Source: an uncultured Sphingorhabdus sp. (GTDB lineage Bacteria; Pseudomonadota; Alphaproteobacteria; Sphingomonadales; Sphingomonadaceae). From it: 39,012 bases of DNA. A model generated the notes under the pieces. That model saw only the letters and a program-made list of their open reading frames with translations. It was not told the origin of the DNA and did not search any database. The position numbers and the translations under genes were made by a program. Every line of letters begins with the position of its first letter. Positions within the stretch are counted from its first letter, which is position 1. Below, one piece after another: positions 27,439 to 37,667 of this stretch. Location of the stretch: NCBI GenBank assembly GCA_964452835.1, contig CAYVQO010000001.1:2270-41281 (forward strand), in the 5' to 3' direction.

Positions 27439-28575
27439 TCAATATCCGTTCATTATTGCCACGCGGTCGGCGTGATAGTGAATGTCGCCCATAAATTCTG
27501 CCAAGGCGCGGTCGCGTTTCATATAGAGGCCAATGTCATATTCATCGGTCATGCCAATGCCGCCGTGCATCTGTACCCCTTCGCGCACCGCGAGGTTGCA
27601 GGCAATGCCTGCCTTTGCCTTGGCAGCGGCGACATAAAGCTCTGCTTTGTCATGACCTTCGTCGAGCATCGACTGCGCCTTAAGCACAATCGAACGCGCC
27701 CCTTCCATTTCGCCATACAGGTGCGCGGCGCGATGTTGCAGTGCCTGAAATTCGCCGATGAGCCTGTCAAATTGCTTGCGTTGCTTCAGATAGTCGAAGG
27801 TCATTTCCATTGCACCTGACCCTACGCCCACCATTTCGGCCGCAGCGCCCGTGCGACCGGCGTCGAGCATTTTGGACAGAACAGACCAGCCGCCATCGAC
27901 TTCGCCAATCACGGCATCGGCCGTGACTTCAACGCCGTCCAGTTTGATGTGCGCGCCCATGCTCGAATCGACCAGTCGAGCGGCCTCCATCGAGAGTCCC
28001 GCTGCGTCTTTCTCGACGGCAAAAAGCGTTAGCCCGTCCTGTTCGCCCGCGCCGCCAGCGGTGCGCGCAACGACAATCAGCATGTCGGAAGAGGCGCCTT
28101 GCACGACAAATTGCTTATGTCCGGTCAGCTTGAAGCCATTGCCGCTGCGCTCTGCCTTGCACGCGGTTTTTTCGGGACGGTGTTTGGGGCCTTCATCGAT
28201 AGCCAGCCCAATAACGGTTTCACCAGCGATGATACCCGGGAACCAGCGTTCACGCATGGCTTTATCGGCCAGCTTTAACGCTTCGACTGCAGCGACCGAA
28301 GTGGACAGGAAAGGCGAAGGCGACAGGTTACGGCCAATCTCCTCCAGTACGATACCCGCCTCGATATGGCCTAAACCAAGCCCGCCCTGATCTTCGGGTA
28401 TCAAAATACCGGTAAAGCCCATTTCTGCAAATTGCTTCCACAGGCCATGGGCAAAGCCATCCTTGCATTCCATGTCGCGATATTTGCGGAAATGCGCGAC
28501 CGGCGCTTCGCTTGCCATAAAGCTGCGGGCGCTGTCGCGCAGCATCGTCTGGTCTTCGTTTAACGTCATTGCCAT
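27439..28575 (-). CDS. Acyl-CoA dehydrogenase, PimD/small-subunit-like
   Basis: GGLGLG..E...VLEEIGR, RKQFDRLIGEFQALQHR, QMHGGIGMT.EY; lacks the C-terminal GG(T/S)xE motif. Confidence 0.88.
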   Translation of the reverse strand: MAMTLNEDQTMLRDSARSFMASEAPVAHFRKYRDMECKDGFAHGLWKQFAEMGFTGILIPEDQGGLGLGHIEAGIVLEEIGRNLSPSPFLSTSVAAVEALKLADKAMRERWFPGIIAGETVIGLAIDEGPKHRPEKTACKAERSGNGFKLTGHKQFVVQGASSDMLIVVARTAGGAGEQDGLTLFAVEKDAAGLSMEAARLVDSSMGAHIKLDGVEVTADAVIGEVDGGWSVLSKMLDAGRTGAAAEMVGVGSGAMEMTFDYLKQRKQFDRLIGEFQALQHRAAHLYGEMEGARSIVLKAQSMLDEGHDKAELYVAAAKAKAGIACNLAVREGVQMHGGIGMTDEYDIGLYMKRDRALAEFMGDIHYHADRVAIMNGY

Positions 28576-28578
28576 CGA

Positions 28579-29739
28579 TCAGGCTCCCGGCATTTCAAGG
28601 ATTCGTTTGGAAACGACATTCAGCATCACTTCGCTGGTTCCACCTTCGATAGAATTTGCCTTGGTGCGCAGCCAGTTGCGCGCTTTTGATCCGCCATTGG
28701 AGCGTTCGCTTTCCCATTCCAGCGCGCTTGATCCGCCGGTTGCCATCACCAGCTCATGCCGCTTCTTGTTCAACTCGGTCCCGACATATTTCATCAGGTT
28801 GGAGTAAGCGGGGTGGGCTTTCCCCGTTTTCCATTCATCCATAAAGCGTTCACCATGCGCGCGGAACGCCAGGTTATCGACGTCGAATAAGGCCATTTGC
28901 GCCCGCAGCACTGGCTCGTCGGCCAGCACGTCCTTCATCGCAGCGCCAATTGAAGTAACGCCGCCGTCGCCGCCCATGCCGCTGATCATTTCGCGTTCGT
29001 GGCCAAGCAGATATTTGGCAACATCCCATCCACGGTTCACTTCACCGACAATCTGATGCTTGGGCACCACGACATTGTCGAAGAAGGTTTCGCAGAAAGG
29101 GGAATTGCCGCTGATCAGCTTGATCGGCTTGGTGGTCACGCCAGGCGTTTCCATGTCAAAGAGCAGGAAGGAAATGCCCTGATATTTGTTGGTCTTGTCC
29201 GTGCGAACCAGGCAGAAGATCCAGTCCGCCTTGTCGGCATAGCTTGTCCAGATTTTCTGGCCATTGACCACCCAATGGTCGCCCTTGTCCTCACCGTAAG
29301 TTTGCATCGAAACTAGATCCGACCCCGAACCCGGCTCTGAATAACCCTGACACCAGCGGATTTCACCGCGGGCGATTTGGGGGAGATAGTGACGCTTCTG
29401 TTCTTCGGTGCCGAATTTCAGCAGTGCGGGACCAAGCATCCAGATGCCAAAGCTGTTCAGCGGGCTGCGCGCCTTTGCTCGGGCCATTTCCTGCCGGAAT
29501 ATTTTCGCCTCAGCGGGAGACATGCCAGCACCACCATAATCTGGTGCCCAATCGGGCACCGTGTAACCTTTGGCGGCGCAGCGCTCTAGCCATTGCTTTT
29601 GCGCTTCTGATTGAAACACAAAATTGCGCCCGCCCCAGCACACATCCTCATCGCCTTTGGTAGGGGTGCGCATTTCAGGTGGGCAATTGCTTTCGATCCA
29701 GCCACGGATTTCGGTCCGGAAAGCTTCTAAGTCGCTCAT
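28579..29739 (-). CDS. Acyl-CoA dehydrogenase, PimC/large-subunit-like
   Basis: WCQGYSEPGSGSDL, VNGQKIWTS, L.HER, SIEGGTSEV; RBS GAGGAG supports the MSDL start. Confidence 0.9.
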   Translation of the reverse strand: MSDLEAFRTEIRGWIESNCPPEMRTPTKGDEDVCWGGRNFVFQSEAQKQWLERCAAKGYTVPDWAPDYGGAGMSPAEAKIFRQEMARAKARSPLNSFGIWMLGPALLKFGTEEQKRHYLPQIARGEIRWCQGYSEPGSGSDLVSMQTYGEDKGDHWVVNGQKIWTSYADKADWIFCLVRTDKTNKYQGISFLLFDMETPGVTTKPIKLISGNSPFCETFFDNVVVPKHQIVGEVNRGWDVAKYLLGHEREMISGMGGDGGVTSIGAAMKDVLADEPVLRAQMALFDVDNLAFRAHGERFMDEWKTGKAHPAYSNLMKYVGTELNKKRHELVMATGGSSALEWESERSNGGSKARNWLRTKANSIEGGTSEVMLNVVSKRILEMPGA

Positions 29740-29785
29740 CGGGATTCTCCTCAAAACTCCCGAATCACTATGTCCCTTTGGGCGC

Positions 29786-29801
29786 TTTACGCAAGCGTCA
29801 A
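29786..29801. promoter_or_regulatory. LiuR-like (MerR-family) operator palindrome
   Basis: TTTACGC-AA-GCGTCAA resembles TT(T/G)ACGT-NN-ACGT(A/C)AA. It lies upstream of the ACAD pair and overlaps a candidate -35 element. Confidence 0.5.
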
Positions 29802-29925
29802 CTTATAGGTCGGCGATTCCGTAGGGGCATTTTCTGGTGCGTTGACCGAATGGGATATTCGCTACAGGATGGTCGCCAGAGGAGAGGCTAATGGGATTCG
29901 CAAGACCAGCCCGGCAAGCAACTGC

Positions 29926-31365
29926 ATGAGCATTCCAGTTGCCGAAAAATTGCCCTTGCGGATCAAGCTGGGTAATGGTTTTGGCTCGATAGCCTATGGC
30001 GTCAAGGACAACGGCTTTGCGACGCTGTTGCTGCTTTTCTATAATCAGGTGCTTGGCCTTGACGCGGCAACAGTGGGCTTCATTCTGCTGCTGGCCCTGC
30101 TTGGTGACGCACTGATTGACCCGTTGGTGGGCTATTGGAGCGACAAGACCCACACGCGCTGGGGCAAACGGCACCCATGGATGTATGCGTCAATTCTGCC
30201 GATGGCGGCCGCGTGGATCATGCTGTGGCATCCACCGGAAATGGCCAGCGAAACCCTTTATCTCTACCTGCTGCTATTCGCTTTCCTGATGCGTGCGGCG
30301 GTTTCCTGTTATGAGATACCGGCCTTATCCGTCGTCCCGTCATTGTCGGCGGACTATGATGAGCGGACGTCAATCACCCGCTGGCGCTATCTCTTTGCCT
30401 GGGCAGGCGGGCTGACCATGTTGTCGCTGGCCTTTGCCGTTTTCCTTGTGCCTTCTGCGGAATATCCGGTGGGGCAATTGAACAAGGATGGATATGAGAT
30501 GTACGGCTGGGTCGGCGCCTGCCTTATGCTGGTTGCGACCAGCGTGGCGGCGTTGACGACGCATCGCCGCCTTGCACGGACGCCCGATATAGCGCCCACC
30601 CATTTACCGTTGATGGAAACATTGCGCGAAATTCGGAAAACGCTGGCGAACCGCGCTTATCTCATCCTGATGGGATCATCGCTTTTTGCCTTTGTTACTC
30701 AGGGCGTGGCCTTTTCGATCACGACCTACATGCTCACATATTTCTGGGAGATGCCGCAGGCTGGCTTTCTGGCCTACTCAGTCACCTTGTTTATTGGCGT
30801 GATCGGATCTTTCCTCTTGGTAGGTGCCATGCAGTCTCGGATCGAAAAGCGCACTGGTGCCGTATTGGCGGGAAGCCTTTCGCTTGTGATTACATTGCTG
30901 CCCTATGCACTGCGCGCGATTGGGCTGTTTCCTGAAAATGGCCACCCCGCATTGATTCCAGTGCTATTTACGCTCGTCACTATCTCCAATGCGCTTGCGG
31001 TTGCGGCTGCAATGCTGGGCCAGTCGATGGCGGCGGATGTGGTTGAGGATTCGCAGGCGCGCACAGGCAAGCGCGACGAAGGCTTGTTTTTCTCAGGCTA
31101 TTTCTTCGTGCAGAAATGCTCGCATGGCATTGGCATTTTCATCACGGGCAGCATCATCAGCATATCCGCACTTCCGGCAAAGGCTGTGCCCGGAGAGGTG
31201 GCAGAGCCGGTCCTGTTCAGCCTTTGGACTCTTTATATGCTGGCGCTCACGGTACTGAGCCTATGCAGCATTTATCTGATCAGCAAATTTCCAATTACCC
31301 GCGAACAGCATGCCGCAAGGCTGGCCGCGCTTGCCAAAAAAGGGATTGAAGCGCCTGCGCAATAG
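29926..31365 (+). CDS. MFS transporter, glycoside-pentoside-hexuronide (MelB/GPH) family
   Basis: DALIDPLVGYWSDKT.TRWGKRHPW, DYDERT, MAADVVE......G.R.EG.F; about 12 TM segments. Start placed at the MSIPV ATG. Confidence 0.88.
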   Translation: MSIPVAEKLPLRIKLGNGFGSIAYGVKDNGFATLLLLFYNQVLGLDAATVGFILLLALLGDALIDPLVGYWSDKTHTRWGKRHPWMYASILPMAAAWIMLWHPPEMASETLYLYLLLFAFLMRAAVSCYEIPALSVVPSLSADYDERTSITRWRYLFAWAGGLTMLSLAFAVFLVPSAEYPVGQLNKDGYEMYGWVGACLMLVATSVAALTTHRRLARTPDIAPTHLPLMETLREIRKTLANRAYLILMGSSLFAFVTQGVAFSITTYMLTYFWEMPQAGFLAYSVTLFIGVIGSFLLVGAMQSRIEKRTGAVLAGSLSLVITLLPYALRAIGLFPENGHPALIPVLFTLVTISNALAVAAAMLGQSMAADVVEDSQARTGKRDEGLFFSGYFFVQKCSHGIGIFITGSIISISALPAKAVPGEVAEPVLFSLWTLYMLALTVLSLCSIYLISKFPITREQHAARLAALAKKGIEAPAQ

Positions 31366-31413
31366 GGCCAAGGCATTCAAGTTAACCGAACGATTAAATA
31401 GAGGACGACTCGC

Positions 31414-32700
31414 ATGGACTTCACATTCACCGAACGCGAAACCTATTGGCGTGACCGCGTAAAGAACCATATCGACACCTATCTGCGCCCGCGCGTCGCC
31501 GACTATAAGAAGGAAGATGCAACCGGCGAACGCTGGAAGGTGCTGCAGGTGGTTGAAGAAGAAAAGGCGCGTGCCAAGGCCGCCGGTCTATGGAACCTGT
31601 TCATGCCGCCGCAGGGAGCGAACCCGCATCTTGACACCACAGTGGAGTTTGATGGGCCGCAGCTGACCAATGTCGAATATGCACTGTGCGCTGAAGAAAT
31701 GGGCCGTATCGGTTTTGCTTCCGAAGTGTTCAACTGCTCGGCACCCGACACAGGCAATATGGAAGTGTTCAACCGCTATGGCACCGCGGAGCAGAAGCGC
31801 CGCTGGATGATCCCGCTGATGAACGGCGAAATCCGTTCAGCCTTTTTGATGACCGAACCCGCGGTCGCCTCATCCGACGCGACCAATATCCAGACCGAGA
31901 TGCGCCGCGAAGGCGACGAATATGTGATCAACGGTCGCAAATGGTGGTCGTCAGGTCTTGGCGATCCGCGCTGCAAAATCGCGATCGTGATGGGCAAAAC
32001 CGACACTGGCGCGCAGCGACACCAGCAGCAGTCACAGATATTGGTACCAATGGATGCGCCGGGCGTGAACATCATCCGCCATCTGCCGGTCTTCGGCTAT
32101 GACGACGCGCCGCATGGCCATATGGAGGTTGAGCTGAAGGATGTTCGCGTGCCCGTGGACAATGTCATTCTAGGTGAAGGTAGGGGCTTTGAAATTGCAC
32201 AAGGTCGCCTTGGGCCGGGTCGTATTCACCACTGCATGCGGACCATTGGTACGGCAGAAGAAGCGCTGGAAAAGATGTGCCGCCGACTCACCAGCCGTGT
32301 TGCCTTTGGCAAAACCATCGCTGAACATAGCGTCTGGCATGAACGCATCGCGCGTGCGCGCATCGATATCGAAATGACGCGCCTGCTTTGCCTAAAGGCC
32401 GCGCATATGATGGACACTGTCGGCAACAAGGCTGCGGCGAACGAGATTGCGATGATCAAGGTGCAGGCGCCCAATATGGCGCTGAAAATCATCGACGATG
32501 CGATCCAGGCCCATGGCGGCGGCGGCGTGTCCGAAGATTTCGGCCTCGCCAATGCCTATGCGCATCAGCGCACGCTACGTTTGGCGGACGGACCGGACGA
32601 GGTGCACAACCGTGCCATCGCACGCATGGAGCTTGGCAAATATGGCGGTGCGCGCGGCGGGGTTGAGACCTCTTCCGGCGATATGGCGGCGACGCGCTAA
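31414..32700 (+). CDS. Acyl-CoA dehydrogenase, ACAD10/ACAD11 (LvaC/FadE2)-like
   Basis: [51 protein letters not shown]. Confidence 0.92.
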   Translation: MDFTFTERETYWRDRVKNHIDTYLRPRVADYKKEDATGERWKVLQVVEEEKARAKAAGLWNLFMPPQGANPHLDTTVEFDGPQLTNVEYALCAEEMGRIGFASEVFNCSAPDTGNMEVFNRYGTAEQKRRWMIPLMNGEIRSAFLMTEPAVASSDATNIQTEMRREGDEYVINGRKWWSSGLGDPRCKIAIVMGKTDTGAQRHQQQSQILVPMDAPGVNIIRHLPVFGYDDAPHGHMEVELKDVRVPVDNVILGEGRGFEIAQGRLGPGRIHHCMRTIGTAEEALEKMCRRLTSRVAFGKTIAEHSVWHERIARARIDIEMTRLLCLKAAHMMDTVGNKAAANEIAMIKVQAPNMALKIIDDAIQAHGGGGVSEDFGLANAYAHQRTLRLADGPDEVHNRAIARMELGKYGGARGGVETSSGDMAATR

Positions 32701-33788
32701 TGAAGGCTGCCGTCCTTGTCCAGCCGGGCCAGCCGCTCCAGATTGAGGAGCTGCAAATCTCCAAGCCGGGACCGCATGAGGTATTGATCCGCAATGCGGC
32801 CTGCGGGCTGTGCCATTCGGACCTCCACTTTATCGAAGGCACTTATCCGCACCCGCTTCCCGCTGTGCCGGGGCATGAGGCAGCCGGGATTGTGGAGGCA
32901 GTGGGCAGCGAAGTGCGTACGGTGAAGGTGGGTGATGCCGTCATCACCTGCCTTTCTGCTTTTTGCGGGCATTGTGAATTTTGCGTTACGGGCCGGATGT
33001 CGCTTTGCCTTGGCGGCGACACGCGCCGTGCGCCGGGTAGCGAGCCGCGCCTGTCGCGGCCCGATGGTTCGCCTGTCAACCAGATGCTGAACCTTTCGGC
33101 CTTTGCCGAACAGCTGTTGATCCACGAACATGCCTGCACCCGCATTGATCCCGAAATGCCATTGGACCGTGCGGCGGTGATTGGTTGTGCAGTGACGACG
33201 GGCGCTGGTACGATCTTCAATGCGTGCAAGGTAACGCCGGGTGAAACCGTGGCGGTGGTTGGCTGCGGCGGGGTGGGCCTTGCGACGGTGAACGCCGCGA
33301 AGATTGCCGGGGCAGGTAGGATAATCGCCTGCGATCCGATGCCCGAAAAACGCGAGCTGGCAAAGAAGCTTGGTGCAACCGATGTGGTCGATGCGTTGGC
33401 CGACGATGCCGCGGCGCAGGTTATCGAGCTGAGCAAGGGCGGTGTCGATCATGCGATTGAGGCCGTTGGTCGTCCGGCATCGGGCGAACTGGCGGTCAAG
33501 TCGCTGAAGCGTGGTGGCACGGCAACGATCCTTGGCATGATGCCTTTGCAGCATTCGGTTGGGCTATCAGCAATGGACCTGCTGTCTGGCAAGAAATTGC
33601 AGGGCGCGATCATGGGTGGCAACCGCTTCCCGGTTGATATGCCGCGGCTTGTCGATTTCTACATGCGCGGGCTGCTCGATCTGGACAGCATCATTTCGGA
33701 GCGCATCCCATTGGAAGCCATCAACGACGGTTTCGACAAAATGAAGAAGGGCGATAGCGCACGCAGCGTGATCGTGTTCGACCAATGA
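32700..33788 (+). CDS. Zn-dependent alcohol dehydrogenase (class III-like)
   Basis: CHSD, GHEAAG, structural Zn motif CGHCEFC...C, GCGGVG. Confidence 0.92.
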   Translation: MKAAVLVQPGQPLQIEELQISKPGPHEVLIRNAACGLCHSDLHFIEGTYPHPLPAVPGHEAAGIVEAVGSEVRTVKVGDAVITCLSAFCGHCEFCVTGRMSLCLGGDTRRAPGSEPRLSRPDGSPVNQMLNLSAFAEQLLIHEHACTRIDPEMPLDRAAVIGCAVTTGAGTIFNACKVTPGETVAVVGCGGVGLATVNAAKIAGAGRIIACDPMPEKRELAKKLGATDVVDALADDAAAQVIELSKGGVDHAIEAVGRPASGELAVKSLKRGGTATILGMMPLQHSVGLSAMDLLSGKKLQGAIMGGNRFPVDMPRLVDFYMRGLLDLDSIISERIPLEAINDGFDKMKKGDSARSVIVFDQ

Positions 33789-34861
33789 CCGAGGCAGTTG
33801 TCAACGCAGAGGAAGCCTTTGTCGGCACAGTTGAGCCCGAGGGTGCAGACAAGCTCGACGAGGGCAAACTTGCCGAATGGATGCAGGCCAATGTGGAGGG
33901 TTTTCAAGGCTCGCTGCATTTGACCAAGTTCAAGGGCGGGCAATCGAACCCGACTTACAAGATCGAAGCCAAGTCGGGCAATTATGTACTGCGCAGGAAG
34001 CCGTTCGGCCCGCTGCTGCCCAGCGCGCATGCGGTTGACCGTGAGTATAAGGTGCAGGCAGGGCTACACAGAACCGGCTTCCCGGTGGCGCGGCAATATG
34101 GGCTGTGCACCGATGACAGCGTGATCGGTAGCTGGTTCTATGTGATGGGCATGGTCGATGGCCGCACGATCTGGAATGGCGCAATGCCCGATAGCAATCC
34201 GGCAGAGCGCCGTGCGGTCTATTTCGAGATGATCGACGTGCTCGCGCAGCTGCACAACACCGATATCGAGGCTGCGGGGCTGTCTGAATTCGGCAAGCCG
34301 GGCAATTATTTCGGCCGCCAGGTCGATCGCTGGACCAAGCAATATAGGCTGTCGGAAACCGAGGTGATGCCTGAAATGGAGCGGCTGATCGAATGGTTGC
34401 CTGCGACTCTCCCTGAACAAACCCGCACTAGCGTAGTGCATGGCGACTATCGGATCGACAATGCAATTTTTGAGCGCGGCGGGACGAAATGTCTGGCTGT
34501 GCTTGATTGGGAATTGTCAACGCTGGGCGATCCGCTGGCCGATTTTTCCTATGTTGCCATGGCTTGGGTCACCGAAAATGGTGGGCGTTCGGGCGTTATG
34601 GACCTGGATCGCAAGACGCTGGGTATCCCGGAACTGGATGAGGTTGTTGAGCGCTATTGCGCGGCAACGGGCCGCGACGGCATCCCCGATCTCAACTGGT
34701 ATTTCGCCTATAATTTCTTCCGCCTGGCCGGGATTATCCAGGGTATCAAAAAGAGGGTGATTGATGGCACCGCCAGCAGCGCGCATGCAAAGGCGATGTC
34801 CGAACGGGTGAGGCCGCTAGCGGAGGCCTCGCTGGCCTTTGCGGTAAAGGCAGGGGCCTGA
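33785..34861 (+). CDS. APH-family phosphotransferase, ACAD10/11 kinase-domain (LvaA)-like
   Basis: GGQSNPTY, VLRRKP.G.LLPSAHAVDREY, HGDYRIDN, VLDWELSTLGDPLAD. Confidence 0.92.
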   Translation: MTEAVVNAEEAFVGTVEPEGADKLDEGKLAEWMQANVEGFQGSLHLTKFKGGQSNPTYKIEAKSGNYVLRRKPFGPLLPSAHAVDREYKVQAGLHRTGFPVARQYGLCTDDSVIGSWFYVMGMVDGRTIWNGAMPDSNPAERRAVYFEMIDVLAQLHNTDIEAAGLSEFGKPGNYFGRQVDRWTKQYRLSETEVMPEMERLIEWLPATLPEQTRTSVVHGDYRIDNAIFERGGTKCLAVLDWELSTLGDPLADFSYVAMAWVTENGGRSGVMDLDRKTLGIPELDEVVERYCAATGRDGIPDLNWYFAYNFFRLAGIIQGIKKRVIDGTASSAHAKAMSERVRPLAEASLAFAVKAGA

Positions 34862-34877
34862 AAAACAGGAGAAGACG

Positions 34878-35654
34878 ATGTCGCTATTCGACATGACCGG
34901 GCAAGTTGCCCTGATCACCGGCAGTTCGCGCGGCATTGGCAAAGCGACCGCCGAGGCGATGGCGGAACAGGGCGCAAAGGTTGTTATTTCCAGCCGGAAG
35001 CAGGATGCCTGTGATGCAACTGCTGCCGAAATCAATGCGCGCCACGGCGATGGAACCGCAATTTCGGTTCCGGCCAATATTTCGTCAAAGGACGATCTGC
35101 AGAATCTGGTCAACCAAACGCGGGCGGCATTTGGAAAAATCACCACGCTGGTCTGCAACGCGGCATCCAACCCCTATTATGGCCCCGGCCTTGGCATTGC
35201 CGATGACCAGTTCCGCAAGATCATGGACAACAACATATTGTCCAACCATTGGCTCGTTACCATGGTCGCGCCTGAAATGCTGGACCGCAGGGAAGGATCG
35301 ATCACTATCGTCTCGTCAATCGGTGGCCTTAAAGGCTCAACAATCATAGGTGCCTATTGCATTTCCAAGGCTGCTGACATGCAAATGGCGCGCAACTTTG
35401 CAATGGAGTTTGGCGCGCACGGTGTACGGGTCAATTGCGTGGCACCGGGCTTGATCCGAACAGATATGGCGAAGGCACTTTGGGAAGAACCCGAAACGCT
35501 GAAACGCTCTACGGCTGCGGCCTGCCTGAAACGGATTGGCGAACCGCCGGAAATCGCAGGCGCAGTCGTCTTCCTTGCGAGCAGGGCAGGGGCCTTTACC
35601 ACCGGCCAGACCATCGTCTGTGATGGCGGTGCCACTATTTCAGGAGGCGCATGA
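34878..35654 (+). CDS. Short-chain dehydrogenase/reductase (DHRS4-like)
   Basis: [30 protein letters not shown]. Confidence 0.9.
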   Translation: MSLFDMTGQVALITGSSRGIGKATAEAMAEQGAKVVISSRKQDACDATAAEINARHGDGTAISVPANISSKDDLQNLVNQTRAAFGKITTLVCNAASNPYYGPGLGIADDQFRKIMDNNILSNHWLVTMVAPEMLDRREGSITIVSSIGGLKGSTIIGAYCISKAADMQMARNFAMEFGAHGVRVNCVAPGLIRTDMAKALWEEPETLKRSTAAACLKRIGEPPEIAGAVVFLASRAGAFTTGQTIVCDGGATISGGA

Positions 35655-36448
35655 TGGGCGCATTGAACGGCAAAATTGCAATCATTACAGGGGCCGGATC
35701 GGGTATTGGCCGGGCCTCTGCTATTCGCTTCGCGGCCGAAGGTGCAAAACTTGTCATCGGTGACAAGAGCGATGCCGTGCAAGAGACAGCGGCTCTGGTG
35801 GGCGAAGGCGTTACCGCGCTACAGATTGACGCTGGTGTTGAGGCGGACGTAGCCAAAATGGTGGCAACTGCGCTGGAAAGCTATGGCGGCCTGGACATCG
35901 CCTTCGCCAATGCCGGGATCATCGGTGACATGGGTGGAATATTTGATGTGACACCAGAGGGGCTGGCGGAAACATTGCGCGTCAACCTGATCGGCCCGGC
36001 GCTGATGGTAAAACATGCTGGCAAGGCGATGGTGGACCAAGGGCGCGGCGGCGCGATTGTGCTGACCGCAAGTGTCGCTGGTATCAATTCAGGTGCCGGG
36101 CCACTGGCTTATTCGGCATCAAAGGCTGGCGTGATCAACCTTGCCAAGACGGCAGCGCAGCAACTCACCACGTCGGGCGTTCGGGTAAATGCAATCTGCC
36201 CCGGCCTGACTGAAACCGGGATGACCAAGCCGACCTTCGATTATGCCCGCGAAAAGGATGTGATGCACAAAGTGGGGCAGTTAAACCCATTGAAGCGCGC
36301 GGCCCAACCAGAGGAGCTTGCCAATGTCGCGCTCTTCCTCGCAAGCGACCAGGCAAGTTATGTCAACGGGCAGGCGATTGCCGTTGATGGCGGCCTGACT
36401 AGCTCGCATCCCGTAACACGCCAGTTGCTTGGCCAGACTTCACACTGA
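35651..36448 (+). CDS. Short-chain dehydrogenase/reductase
   Basis: [24 protein letters not shown]. Confidence 0.9.
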   Translation: MMGALNGKIAIITGAGSGIGRASAIRFAAEGAKLVIGDKSDAVQETAALVGEGVTALQIDAGVEADVAKMVATALESYGGLDIAFANAGIIGDMGGIFDVTPEGLAETLRVNLIGPALMVKHAGKAMVDQGRGGAIVLTASVAGINSGAGPLAYSASKAGVINLAKTAAQQLTTSGVRVNAICPGLTETGMTKPTFDYAREKDVMHKVGQLNPLKRAAQPEELANVALFLASDQASYVNGQAIAVDGGLTSSHPVTRQLLGQTSH

Positions 36449-36455
36449 GATATTT

Positions 36456-37652
36456 ATGACGATCAACCCAACCGAACTCGGCTTCCTGGGCGACCGGCTC
36501 GACCGCATCGGGACGCACATCCAGTCAAAATATCTGGACAGCGGCAAGCTGCCCTTTGGCGCGCTGTTGATTGGACGCGGCGATGAGGTGGCCTATCAAT
36601 GGGCATCGGGCATCGGGCATGATGCGATCTTCCGCATCGCCAGCATGACCAAACCCGTCACCAGCATCGCCTTCATGCAGCTGGTCGAGCAGGGCAAGGT
36701 CGCGCTTTCTGAACCGGTTGCAAAATATATCCCCGAATTCGCCGACCTCGGCGTGTTCGTCAGCGGCGGTGGCAACCAGCCTTTTATCACGCGCCCGCCC
36801 GCGACGCGGCTCAACATCGTTGATGTGCTGAGGCACACGGCTGGCTTTACCTACAGCTTTCAGGAGCGCACGCCGGTCGATGCCGCCTATCGCAAGACCG
36901 ATCTGGAGCATTGGGGCAAGAACGATACGAAAAGCTTCATCGACCATCTGGCCTCAATCCCGCTGGAATTCGATCCCGGTACCAGCTGGAATTATTCGGT
37001 ATCGACCGATGTTCTGGGCGTGCTGGTTGAAAGGATTTCCGGCCAGAAGCTTAGCGAATATTTCCGCGAGCATATCTTCGCGCCGTTAGGGATGGAGGAC
37101 ACATTCTTCCATGTGCCCGCAGACAAGGCTGGGCGCATGCCGCCAGCTTATGCCTTCCACCCAACCAAGAAAATGACGCTGGTCAGCGAGGCGGGTGCCG
37201 CTAGCAGCTGGTGCGGCAGGCACAGCTTTGAATCGGGCGGCGGTGGCCTTGCTTCAACCATTGCCGATTATCACCGCTTCTGCCGGATGCTGCTCAACGG
37301 CGGTGCGCTCGACGGCGTGCAGATCATCAGCCCCAAGACGCTGGAGCTGATGACCGCCAACCACTTGCCCGGCGGTGGCGACCTGACGCAGCATTCGAAG
37401 TCGCTGTTTAGCGAGGCGGAAAATGCAGGGATTGGTTTCGGCCTTGGTTTTGCCGTGAACATCGATCCAGCGGCAACCATGCTGGCGGGATCGAAGGGTG
37501 AATTTTACTGGGGCGGGATGTATTCAACTGCGTTTCTTATCGATCCGGTTGAGGATCTGATCATGATATTCATGACGCAGCTCATGCCAAGTTCGACCTA
37601 CCCCATTCGCCGCGAAATTCGTACCATGATGTATGCGGCATTGGCCGCCTGA
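36456..37652 (+). CDS. Serine hydrolase, beta-lactamase-related (family VIII esterase-like)
   Basis: SxxK (SMTK), LRHTAG, PG..WNYS, GGGGL, WGG; no signal peptide. Confidence 0.88.
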   Translation: MTINPTELGFLGDRLDRIGTHIQSKYLDSGKLPFGALLIGRGDEVAYQWASGIGHDAIFRIASMTKPVTSIAFMQLVEQGKVALSEPVAKYIPEFADLGVFVSGGGNQPFITRPPATRLNIVDVLRHTAGFTYSFQERTPVDAAYRKTDLEHWGKNDTKSFIDHLASIPLEFDPGTSWNYSVSTDVLGVLVERISGQKLSEYFREHIFAPLGMEDTFFHVPADKAGRMPPAYAFHPTKKMTLVSEAGAASSWCGRHSFESGGGGLASTIADYHRFCRMLLNGGALDGVQIISPKTLELMTANHLPGGGDLTQHSKSLFSEAENAGIGFGLGFAVNIDPAATMLAGSKGEFYWGGMYSTAFLIDPVEDLIMIFMTQLMPSSTYPIRREIRTMMYAALAA

Positions 37653-37667
37653 AACTGGAGAAAACCG

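Noticed and set aside
29850-29891. Second upstream mini-ORF MGYSLQDGRQRRG chained by TAATG to the leader ORF
   Set aside because: It starts inside the candidate -35/-10 spacer, so it is probably not transcribed, and it has no SD.
33785-37652. Antibiotic resistance genes (APH kinase, beta-lactamase-fold protein)
   Set aside because: The motifs match the ACAD10/11-type kinase and a cytoplasmic esterase, in a catabolic operon with no mobile context.
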